Part shown: positions 29,800-42,423 of the stretch, one piece after another
Numbering within the stretch: the first letter of the stretch is position 1
Layout of the letters: the number at the start of each line of letters is the position of its first letter
From: Macrostomum lignano
Taxonomy: Eukaryota
Assembly: GCA_002269645.1 (NCBI GenBank)
Contig: NIVC01004096.1
Span: forward strand, 1 to 60,794
DNA: 60,794 nt
Direction: 5' to 3'
Translations under genes and position numbers: made by a program
The notes under the pieces: generated by a model
The model's input: the letters and a program-made list of their open reading frames with translations, nothing else
Database searches by the model: none
What the model was told of the DNA's origin: nothing

Positions 29800-30846
29800 C
29801 TACCAGCTCTATCTACCAGCTCTATCTACCAGCTCTATATCCCTGCTCTAGCTACCAGCTCTAGCTACCAGCTCTATCAGCTCTATATACCTGCTCTAGC
29901 TACCAGCTCTAGCTACCAGCTCTATCTACCAGCTCTATATACCTGCTCTAGCTACCAGCTCTAGCTACCAGCTCTATCTATCAGCTCTATATACATGTAC
30001 CTGCTCTAGCTACCAGCTCTAGCTACCAGCTCTAGATACCAGCTCTAGCTACCAGCTCTATATACCTGCTCTTGCTACCAGCTCTATATACCAGCTCTAG
30101 CTACCAGCTCTATATACCAGCTCTAGCTACCAGCTCTATATACCAGCTCTAGCTACCAGCTCTATCTACCAGCTCTAGCTACCAGCTCTATCTACCAGCC
30201 CTAGCTACCAGCTCTATCTACCAGCTCTATATACCTGCTCTAGCTACCAGCTCTAGCTACCAGCTCTATATACCAGCTCTAGCTACCAGCTCTATATACC
30301 AGCTCTAGCTACCAGCTCTAGCTACCAGCTCTAGATACCAGCTCTAGCTACCAGCTCTATATACCAGCTCTTGCTACCAGCTCTATATACCAGCTCTAGC
30401 TACCAGCTCTAGATACCAGCTCTTGCTACCAGCTCTATATACCAGCTCTAGCTACCAGCTCTAGCTACCAGCTCTAGCTACCAGCTCTATCTACCAGCTC
30501 TAGCTACCAGCTCTAGATACCAGCTCTAGCTACCAGCTCTATATACCAGCTCTAGCTACCAGCTCTAGATACCAGCTCTAGCTACCAGCTCTATATACCA
30601 GCTCTAGCTACCAGCTCTAGCTACCAGCTCTAGCTACCAGCTCTAGATACCAGCTCTAGCTACCAGCTCTATCTACCAGCTCTAGCTACCAGCTCTTGCT
30701 ACCAGCTCTAGCTACCAGCTCTAGCTACCAGCTCTATATACCAGCTCTTGCTACCAGCTCTAGCTACCAGCTCTAGCTACCAGTTCAAGCTACCAGCTCT
30801 AGCTACCAGTTCAAGCTACCAGCTCTAGCTACCAGCTCTAGCTACC
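29800..30846. repeat. 13-bp minisatellite (CTAGCTACCAGCT)
   Basis: Direct tandem periodicity. Confidence 0.95.
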
Positions 30847-31818
30847 CTAAAAGTCTTTACATTCCTTTCTTGCAACGAAAAATAGCTATTAAAAAACGGT
30901 CGGCACTACTCGTAGCATATCACAAATAGTATTTACGTTAGGACAGAGATGTGCTACCATCGGCAAAACAAGACAGCCATGGTTTAGTCATATATTTTCA
31001 AACAAAACAAACAAAGCAAACAAAATCGCGCCGCTTCACTACAAATCGGAGTGCGTTGCAGAGAATCCTGACGACTGCAGAGACATCAATTCTGTCAGCA
31101 GGTGCGACAAGGATAACCAATTTTATATCAATTGCAATGTGGCAACGAATGCTGTTATCAACTGGATTTACTGAGATGTTGAAATTGTGCGTTTTTATCG
31201 AACAGAATAGTAAAATACGAGTATAATATTCACAGATAGGCAAATATTGAGTATAGTGTTAGCAGCATGCAAAGCATTGAAGACAAAATACACTGTAGTA
31301 TAAATAAGGTAACATAGAATAGCAGAGGTGCCAAGTACTTGGGTGAATATGCTTCTGTGTCGTTGTAGATCCGATGTAGATGTAGGGGGGTCGTACCCTA
31401 TACTCACGACTACTGAAAGGTCGGGGGTTCGATTCTCCACCTTTCTCCACCTAAACTCACTTGGAACAATTTGTGTCTTTGAGCTTTTTTAACTCTGCAT
31501 TAACTCTGCATTTAACTCTGCATTGCTTCAGTTCACCCAGCTGTAAAATGGGTGCCAGCATTAGCTGGGGTAATTTAGGGTGTGTGTGGCGACCCCCCCC
31601 CCCAGTCCTTGGACTGAACAGCCGTACGCAGCCGCGCAGTGCGCCGCGCAATAACCTCGGCTGAGCTGTCGGTTGCACATCTGGCCATTAGGGCAGGTGT
31701 AATCAGTTATTAAATTTTTATTATAGATGCGCAATAATCATCTAATTCAACTGTTCAGTTCAGGGTATAAGTAAAACAATTGCAATTTATGCAATAAAAT
31801 TCATTTGCCAAATTTCTG

Positions 31819-34800
31819 CTACCAGACACTACCTAAAGTAGTACGCGTAGTATTGGTGACTGAAGCGGCACCAGGCGCTGGAGAGTTCCCCTTGGCCGCA
31901 GCGCCAGCAACAGTCGCAGCGGCGGAGGACGGCGCCGAGATCAGCAGGCGCTCGTCGCGCGAGATTTCCGCAAAACTCTCCACCCTGCTGCCGTCGTCGG
32001 CGCGATAAAAACTGACCGCTGGCGAGCGCAGTCGCAGCCGCTGGGTGGCCGCCTTCAGCAGCGCCTCCAGCGAGTCGCCCCAGACGGTCACGGCGCCGGT
32101 GTCGCCGCGCCTGGCGCTCACAAGGACACGCTTCGTGTCGAATGTTGGCGGCGGCGGCGGAGGCTGCGCAGAATGGTGCGATGTCGGGCTGAAATTTGGC
32201 AGGTAAACTGGGGATGTACAGCGGCCTTGACTTTGGCTCTCATCAGCTCTCAGTCGGACGACTATTTGTCCTACAATATAAGACGTCAGAGCAGTATCAA
32301 CTCAATATACCCATTGCTCAGATGGGCAAGTGTTCCAGGGCTATTGCTCCAATCACGTGGATAGAAGTGCCTATCTGAGTCTGTGCATGCGTACATATAG
32401 CAGTGCCCAAAGCCTACAGGGACCAACTGAGATTACATTAAAAGGCTAGCCTGTAAAGTGGTAACTTTACAGCGAACAAGTTCTGTAACTCACCGCTTAG
32501 ACGAAGGAGGCGGCTGGAAGGGCTCGCCGGAAGACACGCAGCACAGCAGCTCCGAAGAGGACAGATCCGTCAGCGGGTCGTGCAGCTCGCGGCCCTCAGA
32601 ATCGTAGAGAATCCGACCGGGACGGCGGAGACCCAACCTGGCGGTGGCATTCTCAAGCGCCTGCGGCACCGACTCGGCCCAGATGGTCACCGCCGATGAC
32701 GTTGGATTTTCACCATTCGGGTAGACACGAAGGCGCGCGAGTCGCGGCTCTGGGTTGACGTCACCGACGGTGGCGCTGGCGACTGCTGCGGCCGCGGCCG
32801 CTGCGTCATCGCCCGACCGTCTGGGCGGCGCCTTCTTTGGGTGCACGAAATCTTCACCGATGGAAGCCCAGACCTCGACGATGGCGTCTTCATCCTCAAC
32901 AGAGGCCTCATCCTTCTTGCTGCCCGGCTGCTCTTTGTCTTTGTTTTTTCCGTCTTCTTCTTCATCGTCGTCGTCGTCGTCGACATCGACGTCAATCGAG
33001 ACGGTGATGCTGACCTCCACGTGCATCGAGGCGTGAGTTCTCTCGCCCTTTGGCTTCCTGGCAGACTTCCTGTACCAGGCATAGTCAGCAGCCATCTTGG
33101 TTGAGTTGATGAACTCTTCGTGCTCCTCGCGGATCAGACTGTCGAGCGGCACGTAGCAGGTGGCCAGCACAGACTCCTCCTCCGGCGTCAGCTCGATCAG
33201 GTCCAGTTTCAGCAGGCGAAACTTCTCGCCGAAGTAGCGGCGCAGAATCTGGAGCTCGGATTTGACCAGGATCTCGCGCTTCTCTCCCTCGAACGTCTCC
33301 TCGTTAGAAAATGGATCGGTGCAGAGGGTCTGGCCGAATATGCTGTACCTAACCGCTAACTGTCTGGCTTCATCAGTTTGCTCAGACTCGGGCAGAATCT
33401 CATCCAAGAAGCTCATTGAGTACAGGCTGATGCCCAGGTTGTAAGCCGAGGGAGCCGCGAATTTTGAGCCGATTATGAAATATTTGGACGTCAACCTCGG
33501 CTCGAGGTCGTCCTCCTTGGCTTGTTGAGTCTGATTCTCGTCATCGCTTTGAGAATCGTCCTCGTCATTGCTGGCTTCAGTCTTGGGAGCTGCGCCACGC
33601 TGACGCGCCACCTCCCGCTGACGTCTGCGCACCAGCTTAGCATTGGCGCTTCGCCAGCGACGGAGTTCAGCAATCTCAAGCACCTCCGTGCCGTCTTCAA
33701 GGAACAGCCGCAGCACTGGCTCTTCCGTGTTCAGCTTGAGTGTGCACTGGTCCATCAGGCCGGCAATGCTTGAACCTGTGGCAAGAACTGGCGGCCGCTG
33801 GCGCCCCTCGCCGTTGCGGTAGGCCAGCACTCGAATAGGGCGGGGAGTTCGCGCCTCGGACAGTCGCTCGTTGATCGCCTTCAGTGAAAGGTTTTGCCGT
33901 CTCTCTTCCAGCTCGCTTTCCCATCGCCTCAGAGTTGCTACATCTTCACCCTCTGTGAGATCGAGCTTTCCGCCGAGTAGGCGATAAGCGCCGGTCTCTT
34001 TCAGGCCGAGCGCGCCAGCCTGAGCGAAAGCGCACGCAAAATCGGCGCCGCGCGCTGCCGCACCGATCCTCTGCAGCTTGTAGCGGCCACGAAGCGACTT
34101 GGCGCAGCCGGCGCACACCTCACAGCACTTCATCCGCGCTTCGTCGCGTCGCGAATTCTGCAATCGGTGTTCTACAGGCAAGTACACAGTGTAGCCTGGC
34201 TGATCAATTGCGTAGTCCTTCGGCAGCACTACACTGCTTGTACAGCAGCCGCAGTGAATAGCAACAGTAACTGCAATGTCTAATGGGTTGGAGGCAAAGC
34301 ATCTGACTGTACTGCTGGCTTCATCGACTGCAAACAGTTGATGCGCGCGACCAAACTGATTTGGAACCTGCGGTTGCACAGTCAATACGGCGGCCTCGGT
34401 GTCCACAGGTTGGGAGGCGGACACTTTAGGCAGCTGCAACGTCAGCGCGCTGCCTGATTGGTATTTTAAAACGATGAAGCCGCTGGGGCTGAGCTGCCAA
34501 CGCTGATAGACATTGTCCGGTCGCCGGCGCTGCAGGGTAACTTCCAGGCCGCTTTTGACGCCAGTGTCGACCGCCGTCAGCACGAGGCCGCAGTCCTCCA
34601 ATGAATAGATGTAGCCGTCTTCGTAGCCGAACTGCTTCAGCGCATCGCCATCTCGACTGCCGAAGCGGCGACGCCTGGGAGCGCCATCATCAAACTCGGT
34701 GCTAACTATCCTTTCCCATGGCCAGCGGAGCTTGTTGAGCTTGCCGTCTTCGCTGTCACGAACTCCGTTACCCAATCTGCCGGCAGCAGCATAGTTTGAG

Positions 34801-37800
34801 TCGTCGACAGAAGCGACAGAAGCGTCCTTTACGACACAGATTCGAGCACTAGGGGTCAAGCTCTCGGTGCTTAGAGCCAAATTTTGAGTGCTTTTTCTTA
34901 GGGCAACAAAGCACCTTATCTTGTCGACATCATCGGATAGCTTAGAAAGTAGCGATCGTGCTTCCAGCTGCGACTTTGTAAACTTCGGATCAATCCAATC
35001 CTCGCCGGTCGAGATGTACACTACTTGATCGCTCTCCAGCTGCTTCAGGGACTTGTGCTCAAACCCGTTCCGGTCGAAAAGTCTTTTGGCCTCAGCGTTC
35101 AGTCCGAGCTTCGTAGTGCAGGACTCCAGAAAGATTTGAAATTGCACTTCACTCACTTTCTGCTCGGTTTCGCCAGGCTGAAATTCGTCAGCCGTCACCG
35201 TTGAGGCCGCGTCGCTGAGTAAAGACGAATGTCGGATTCGTCTTGTCTTTGTTGTCTGACGCTTCAGCAGCTGGCGATCCTTTTTCATATTTGTGAGATC
35301 GGGTGCAGTTATGAAAACCCCGACTTCCTCCTTCCGCTCGCCGTTCTTCAGGCAAAACAATCGTTTCCGCTGCTCCGCTTCAGGCTTGTATTTTAATGGC
35401 GGCGCGAATGTCAGAATTTGACCTTCGATTGGCCAGTCGTAATCTTCGATCCAGTGGCCCCGCTGATCGGTAGGCCACACGATGGCCAACTTGCTCCAGG
35501 CTGGGTCCCTGTACCTCGCCGCCTTTCTCAGCTGGCTCAGGTTGCCAAGCTTTTGCAGTCGAATACCGAATCGCTGGTACTTGGCTAGGCGAGATTCCAG
35601 GTGCTCACAGACTGCCAGAAGATTTCGATGTCCAGAATCGCGATCGAGCTCATTCTTCGGACACGAGCTCAACTCGTCAATCGATCCACCCAGATAGGTT
35701 AGCGCCAGCTCGGGAAACTGTTTGGAATAGACGAGCCCGTCTGTGTGGAAAATCCACCGCTGCGACGCGCGCACCTGAAACTCGTCGCGTTCGAACGGAC
35801 AGAACTGCACTAAGCTGCCTCGAATTCGAACTCCATTTAGGTCAGTTTCAATCTCGTAGTCAGTGACGGCAAGAGCAAGGCCGGGAAATCCTTTAACAGA
35901 TATTTGACCTGACTTGTGAATGACCCACGACTGCGCAATACCTGCCTTTGGCCAGACTGGCAGCACAGGGCGAGTCTGTTGATGGTCATCGCTCTTGGCT
36001 ATCGCCGACTCGTGAGGCACTTTCATGACGCCGACAACGGGCTCGACAAAGAGACACAGTTTCCGATTTCGGCTATGCTGCAGGAAGCAGCTCTCTATCG
36101 GCACTGAACCTTCGGGAGGCTTGATGGGTTCTTTTGTTGCACCAGGTGCAGCCGCAGCAATCTCTTCGCCATCTTCATCTTCAAAGTCGCAGACATATTC
36201 TTCCTCCGCTTCTTCTTCTTCATCTTCTTCAAGCGTCAGTTGTTCGACATCGTCTGGAAGCTGCCATTGAGCATCCCAGGCCGAGGGTCGTTCCAGAGAG
36301 TCGTCAATGTGCGGAATGTCCGATCGGACCGCAAAGCGGGCGGCCCCCTTTTTCCACGCCGTTATTCTGCTGACCTCGGCCTGCAGGCAGTAAGTGAACG
36401 GGTCAATCCAGTTTTCACCGTGCGAGATCCAAATCTCATCATCGTATTGCAGCGTGAGAGCGTCGGTTACCTCCTGACCGGACTTAGTAAAGATGCGCTG
36501 AACGAGGGTACCTTTGGACTTGCTGCTCTGGCCAGCCAACTGTGGATTAGCTGACAAGCTGTCCAGGAAACGCTGGAAGACTATTCGCGTCCCGTCCCTG
36601 TCTTTACCAAGGCCTCTGGATGCCTCGCGCATGTTGAAATACACAGTGACTGGATCGGAGTCTCGTCCGTTGTTGTGGACTTTTAGTCGGATGCCACGTC
36701 TATCGGAGACGAGCCTGTGGTTCTCAGGCAACGCAGATATGTGTTTCATTGTGAACTGACTGCCTTCCTCAAGCTCAGATCTCGCTTTGGGCTCGACGGC
36801 TCTTACTTTGGCTTTGAACTCAGTCAGGAAAGCAACATATTCATCATGATTCTCAGTTTCCTTGGCGATCTTCTGCTCTAACTCCTTTTTTGATAATGAC
36901 AGAATTCGCTTGTCTGTCAGTTGGGGATCTCCGGCGAGACTTGATCTGTCGTCACAATAGTAGGCAGCATTCAACTGTGCCAAGTATTTGTTGCACTGCG
37001 ACTTTAGCCTTGCAACAAATTCGATCGAATCTCTTAGGTACTCCTCTACTCCCATTGGACTGATATTTTCTCCCTTACTGAGCCACACGGGGCCTAAAAG
37101 TGGTGCACTGGATGAGTTAAAGAAATGATGAAGCATTGGCACAGTGTGCAAGTTGGTAACTTCTTGGCCGTCTAGGAGAAGTACACGACGGAACGGCTGG
37201 CCGGACTTAAGTTTGAAAGTGCAGCTCTGCAAGAAATCTTCCATGTTGGTCATATCAGCCATTACCTCCACGCCCTTAATGCCCTTACCGTTCGGAAAGG
37301 CTAGAATTCGTCTCTTTGCTGCTCGGTTTCCCTCCAATCTTGTAGAACCAATCAACGGCTTTGTTGTCTCCTTCTCGCGACCACTTGGAAGATTTAGACC
37401 AGTGAGAGTCCACTGCATATCGGCCTTTATACTGAGCTTCTTTTTAAACATCTTTAATGGATCCTTAAAAGGCTCTCCCATAGATGCGAATACATCGATT
37501 CCTCTAGGCAAAATGCTGTCTTTAGGCTCCTGAAGACAGAAACAGCTAGAAGATGGTAAATGCAGACGCTGTGTACACTCCTCAAGCAGCCTCTCAAAGT
37601 TTGGCGCAGAAACTCTGTGGCTTGTGGAAGTGTCTCCATTCTTGAATGCATTAACGACGTAAACTGCTGGCTTCAGTAGATAACTATCTTGACCTGATAG
37701 ACGACTATGACGTCTTTTCGTGGAGTTTAAATCTTGGCTATTTTGTAGCGGAGTCAAGTCAAGTTCGTCTTTTTCTAAGCCTTTAGCCATAAAATGTCCG

Positions 37801-38120
37801 CTGGAACCACTGTTTCGCCTATTAGCAGGTATAGGAGCTTGTCTCAAACTTGCCTCCGATTCCTTTGTTGGAGTGTGCGGTGGTGCTCTTCCAATATCTG
37901 TTGACCGCGACCTTTCACTGACAGGTTTTGTTGAGCGCGTTCTGTGGCTTCTAATCGAGCTGCACGACCCTTGTTGAGTTTTGTACGAAGATAAAATATT
38001 TGAGTGACCGAGAGGAAGCTGGTATGGAGAGCGTTCCACTCTTTTTGACATGGAATGATCAGCACTCAGTTCATTAGCATATCGCTCAAGAATCAAATCT
38101 TCAATACTCTTTCCTTCCAT
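31819..38120 (-). CDS. DCDC1: DCDC1-like protein (several doublecortin-like domains, ricin-B lectin repeats, C2-like insert), about 1998 aa; exons 38120-32494 and 32188-31819
   Basis: Repeated DCX-like units (VNAFKNG...LLEECTQRLHL; LAYRNG...CTLKLN; RVYPNG...ATARLGL); QxW ricin motifs (QSW, QRW, QRWQL); AAG CG|GTGAGT donor and TTTCAG|C acceptor extend the ORF into a further DCX-like unit. First ATG is 38120. Confidence 0.8.
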
Positions 38121-39073
38121 TATAAAGCAATAGTAGTTATTTTGCCGAGAATTGCAGCTCAGCAACTATTTTTTACTAAACCGATCTTTCGAGTGCATTT
38201 GGAATGGAATTAAATAATAGCTGGCATGCGACTTCAAAATGCTGTAATGACACAAACGGAGAAAAAACTTGGGCTTAATGAAATTTTACCAGACAAAATA
38301 AAATAAAAGAAACTTTCATAATAAGTATTTTCGTCAGATATACAATTTTGTGTGATGCATTAAAAGACTTTGTTTGTATTCGTTTTCTTTTTACTTTTTT
38401 GAATTGTACAGGTCCGCACGCGGCTAGCTGCTAGCACTAGCACGAACTTAGCGTTAATCAGAGCTGTGATCAGAACTGTGATCGTGCTAAATCCAGTTTG
38501 TGAAATCGTAATCGTAGTTATGTAATATTTGAATTGCCGTAACAGAAAATATATTAAGTCCTAGCAATACAGCTGCAGATGCCTGTTTCTGTGTCTACGT
38601 CTACATTAAACCCGTATTGCAACTATACATACATTGATAAATATGCCAAACTTCCCGTTCCATCCCACCTATGCCATTTAGTCCTTTATCGGTTGACTGC
38701 AAATCTACAGGTAGTCTATCTAGTCGTTTCGATTCACTATACTCATTTCAAATGAGTACTTATCTATAATAATGACTAGATGGATTATTTGTATTTTTTG
38801 GTCAGTGTTCATCAATACTCATTCAATTCAACATTGGTATTGCTCTTTGTCAGTCTTGGACATACTTTGACTATAATCTATACTATAGGCTAAGGCTATA
38901 ACTATAAGCCTATCTGCTATCTGTTGAATTTGGTAGGATAATTCAATGAGCCTAACAATGCTAATTACTATACCTACTAGTACTAAAGTATCTTTGCTTT
39001 TGATTATCATATTTAATTAATGTACAAAAACCTTTAAAATATCTAAATTGAAGAATATATGTCAGTATGTGCC

Positions 39074-39447
39074 CTGGGTTTTTTAAGGTTGAAAATCCAG
39101 TTGCCAGCTAGCCCCTGGGGCTCAAAATCCAGTTGCCAATGGCTTTTTTTGGTTGCCCATTGGCAACTAGCCTAGCCAAATTCTTGTTGAGGATAGATAT
39201 TTCCAAGGCTACATATATTTGAAAAGCAGAAATTTGTTCTCTTAACTCTAAGATTGCTATCTATGCTGCAAACAATAACAAACTAACAATTCCATCATAT
39301 AGATTTATATGGCACTTTTATTATATTTACAAAATCATTTTTTGAAAATGGCAACTGGCATAGGGGAAATGAAGTTGCCAGGTTGGCCTCTGATGCCAAA
39401 AATCCAGTTGGCAATAATATTTTTAAGGTATGGCCCAAAAAACCCAA
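39074..39447. mobile_element. hAT-like MITE, 374 bp, 11-bp TIR, 8-bp TSD TATGTGCC
   Basis: CTGGGTTTTTT...AAAAAACCCAA (1 mismatch); TSD at 39066-39073 and 39448-39455; subterminal AAAATCCAGTTG repeats. Confidence 0.8.
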
Positions 39448-39546
39448 TATGTGCCCTTTGTACCATCTCTAAATTATATTGTTTTAAATATAGGCTAAGT
39501 TATTTAAAACTCTATAAATGTTGAAATGATACCAGAATGCCCAATT

Positions 39547-39658
39547 GGCTATCCTGTAGTTTTGCACGTTAAATTATTACCCCCACCCCCCACCACCCTT
39601 GAATAGAGGGCGAAATAATTCCGTAAAATAATTTAACGTGCGAAACTACAGGATAGCC
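39547..39658. mobile_element. 112-bp MITE, 31-bp TIR, 8-bp TSD GCCCAATT
   Basis: GGCTATCCTGTAGTTT(T/C)GCACGTTAAATTAT inverted at both ends (1 mismatch); TSD at 39539-39546 and 39659-39666. Confidence 0.88.
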
Positions 39659-39959
39659 GCCCAATTATACATTTAATCAAATATTTTCATTTCATAAATG
39701 CAATTTATAAAATGTACAATAAATAGGCATATAAATTATATAGCATTGTGTCATCTGTTACAAAACTTTCTGAAATTAGTAAGTGAATAGGAAAATTCTG
39801 GGTTTATGAACTTTGCCAGCCAAAAATATGTAGTAAGAATTAAGAAAGAAAGGTATCAGGTAAGAATTTCAGCAGCTGTCTAATTTTAAATTTATAAATA
39901 ATTAATAGCTATTCTAACAACAACAACAAACTATGCAGCCCTGTATGCAAGGTCACAGT

Positions 39960-40620
39960 TAGAGCAGGGCATGCCAGATGGCGACCTGCACAGCCTGAAA
40001 GTGGACAAAGCGTCGCACAGCAAGCAGTCCACATATCGACAGGTTCCCGCCTGAATGAGCCCTGCAGCTTGGCCCGATCGTACAGGTACAGGGCCTCAGT
40101 CCCGACGCTCTCGTCAGCTCGAAAGGCCGCATGGAGCAGCCCTGAGTGCACCGAGTCCAACTGCCGCTCCAGCGTAGCCGTCAGCTTCCACGTCTCGGTG
40201 TTGTAGAGCAGGACGGTTTCGACCACCGCTTGCAGCGCTTTGCACTTGAGGACGACTCGGATCGAACGAAAGGCCGCCCAGGCAAGTCCTCTGCGCCGCC
40301 GGAGGTCCTCCTCCACGTGTGGCACCAGACCGCCGAGGTAGGTGAACCGGTGGCAGCGTGCGAGCGTGGTCGTCTGCCCGTCTGCGCCGCGGCACATCAG
40401 GTCCGCTGGGATGTCGGCCGGCACAGTCAGCACCTCGATCTTCAGCGTGTTGACGATCAGACCGATGCTCGATGCCACCTCGACCAGCCTGTTGATCTGG
40501 CGCTGGGCGCCTTCAACGGACGAGGACAGGAGGGCGCGAGGTCGTCGGCGTAGCCAAGCACGCTCAGGCGCTTTTCGCCGTGGCGGTGACGATGCTTCTG
40601 CGCAGCAGGAAGCCGTCGTC
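39960..40620 (-). pseudogene. 5'-truncated non-LTR retrotransposon (RTE-like) RT C-terminal fragment
   Basis: LGYADDLA (frameshifted near 40540), IGLIVN..K, FTYLGG, RRGLAWAAF, VLLYNTETW. Confidence 0.85.
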
Positions 40621-41045
40621 AGCCAAGGGGAGTGCGTCTTAGAAGTCTTATAAGAGCTAAAGTATACTAATACTTTATTTAATTGATTATGCTGAATAAA
40701 AAATAGCAACTAAATACATGTGGCTAAAAACAAGAGTATGCCTGCATATTTTGTTGCAAAATGACTGGAGCGCCCTTTCGCATTCCACCCAGCCGAAGAT
40801 AAGGGGAGAGGGTCTGAGGGGTTTGTCTAACTGTCCTTTCTTGTCCTTTCTAAATATAGTACGCTCGTAATATGAATTATTATAATTATTAAAAACTAGT
40901 TAAAAACTAAAATTACAATTTTAGGTGCTGAAATTCTGAGCTCCCAAAATTTCTTGAATAAGACTTTAAAAGCCTTTTTGCCTTTTCATTAGCATATTTA
41001 TATTTATAAATATAATATAGAAACCTTACTAGCATCCATGCTTGG

Positions 41046-41176
41046 GCGCAACCTTGGGATTCCCTCGGCCGTTTCTATCGGCAACACACACATGTAAGTC
41101 GCTATTGGACGGATCAGCCAATAGCGACTTACATGTGTGTAGCCAATAGAAACGGCCGGGGAATCCCAAGTTGCGC
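41046..41176. repeat. 131-bp near-perfect inverted repeat (about 60-bp stem)
   Basis: GCGCAACCTTGGGATTCCC...GTCGCTATTGG [ACGGATCAG] CCAATAGCGAC...GGGAATCCCAAGTTGCGC. Confidence 0.9.
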
Positions 41177-41783
41177 ATGTATGTCAAATACAGTATCTGT
41201 TCTGAGGGTAAGTGCAAATCTCGTGAATTTGCCAAAGCTTTTTTTAAACCACAACTTACTGCTTAAGTACACGTATGCAAAGATTTCTCAGGCTGAAACA
41301 TGTATGTAATCAGATCAGTGAATTTTTTTGAAGATTTAGTCTGATCAAACCTTTCTATTACATTAATTAGTTAATTTTCACAAGGAACCTTTTCCACCAA
41401 AAGCAGAAATTCAACATAACAATACAAACTAGAAACGGTAGTGTTTAGTGTGCCATGCAGTCAGTAAGTCAACTTTAACTGAAACTACAATGGCATGTGC
41501 AAGAACAAGATTTACACTGAAGCTTGTCTATTTAGCGTCTATTAAGCATATAGTATTTAAACACTAGTATTATTATCTGATCGCCTCTAGACTATAGATA
41601 CAATATATTGTAGTTAATTGGGAGAAACTACGGAAAAGACTAATAATTATCAGTAACTAAGCAACACACACACTTGTGAGTTCGAGCTAAACTTAAATTG
41701 TTGAATTCTGTCTGGAGGCCACAAAAACTATTTAGATAGGATGGGCAAAGTTTCGAGTCATTCAGTATCTGAGAAGAAAATGT

Positions 41784-42254
41784 CTACACAGTCCACAGGT
41801 CCTTGACAACGCGGATGAAGCCGACGTCAGTGTAGCAAAAGTACACAAAGCCGGCGAATCCGATCAAGGAGATGACCTTCCAGACGGCGTAGAGAATCTT
41901 CTGCAGCTGGGGTCCGTACAGGCGCTCCATGGCGTAGTCCTTGATCACCGCCTCGATGCCCCAGTAGACGTGCATGGTGATAGCCGCGCCGACGGCCAGG
42001 TTCATGGCCAGGCCGTCCATCATCAGCGCTGCGGGGTACAGCGGCAACATGCCGACTGTGAGCACTCGCTCCACTGTCCAGTGCTGCGACTTGCTCATCA
42101 TGCCGCCGTGCGATGCTTCGGGAATTGTCACCCGAGTCGGCTTCTCCTGCAGGCCCAGTACCCCAACTGATGGCGTGGCGTGCAGGCGGCGCTGCTGCTG
42201 CTGCTGCTGGATGGCGGCGGTGGCTGATAGGTGCAGACGACCGCGCAGGAGCAT
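41784..42254 (-). CDS. SDHD: Succinate dehydrogenase cytochrome b small subunit (CybS); coding region intronless from the ATG at 42254; upstream acceptor at 42303
   Basis: HWTVER, MHVYWG...IKDY motifs; Arg-rich N-terminal targeting-like segment. Confidence 0.93.
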   Translation of the reverse strand: MLLRGRLHLSATAAIQQQQQQRRLHATPSVGVLGLQEKPTRVTIPEASHGGMMSKSQHWTVERVLTVGMLPLYPAALMMDGLAMNLAVGAAITMHVYWGIEAVIKDYAMERLYGPQLQKILYAVWKVISLIGFAGFVYFCYTDVGFIRVVKDLWTV

Positions 42255-42423
42255 CAGAGCGCGACCGCTGCTGGCTAGCGAGCCGAGTTTGCCTGTGAGA
42301 GCCTGCAATTGTTGCCATTGTTGATACGTATTAATACGTTTCTCGGGAGATTTTGTGGGATACCTAATGCACTTCAAGATTCTATGGGATTATAAGCTTT
42401 TAAACTTCAGGGCAATACCACTT

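Noticed and set aside
24619-30846. Regular arrays as CRISPR or repeat-protein ORFs
   Set aside because: Head-to-tail units with no unique spacers and no cas genes; eukaryotic context
30951-31678. Small ORFs downstream of the DCDC1-like gene
   Set aside because: No motifs, no consistent splice structure, mostly alternative starts
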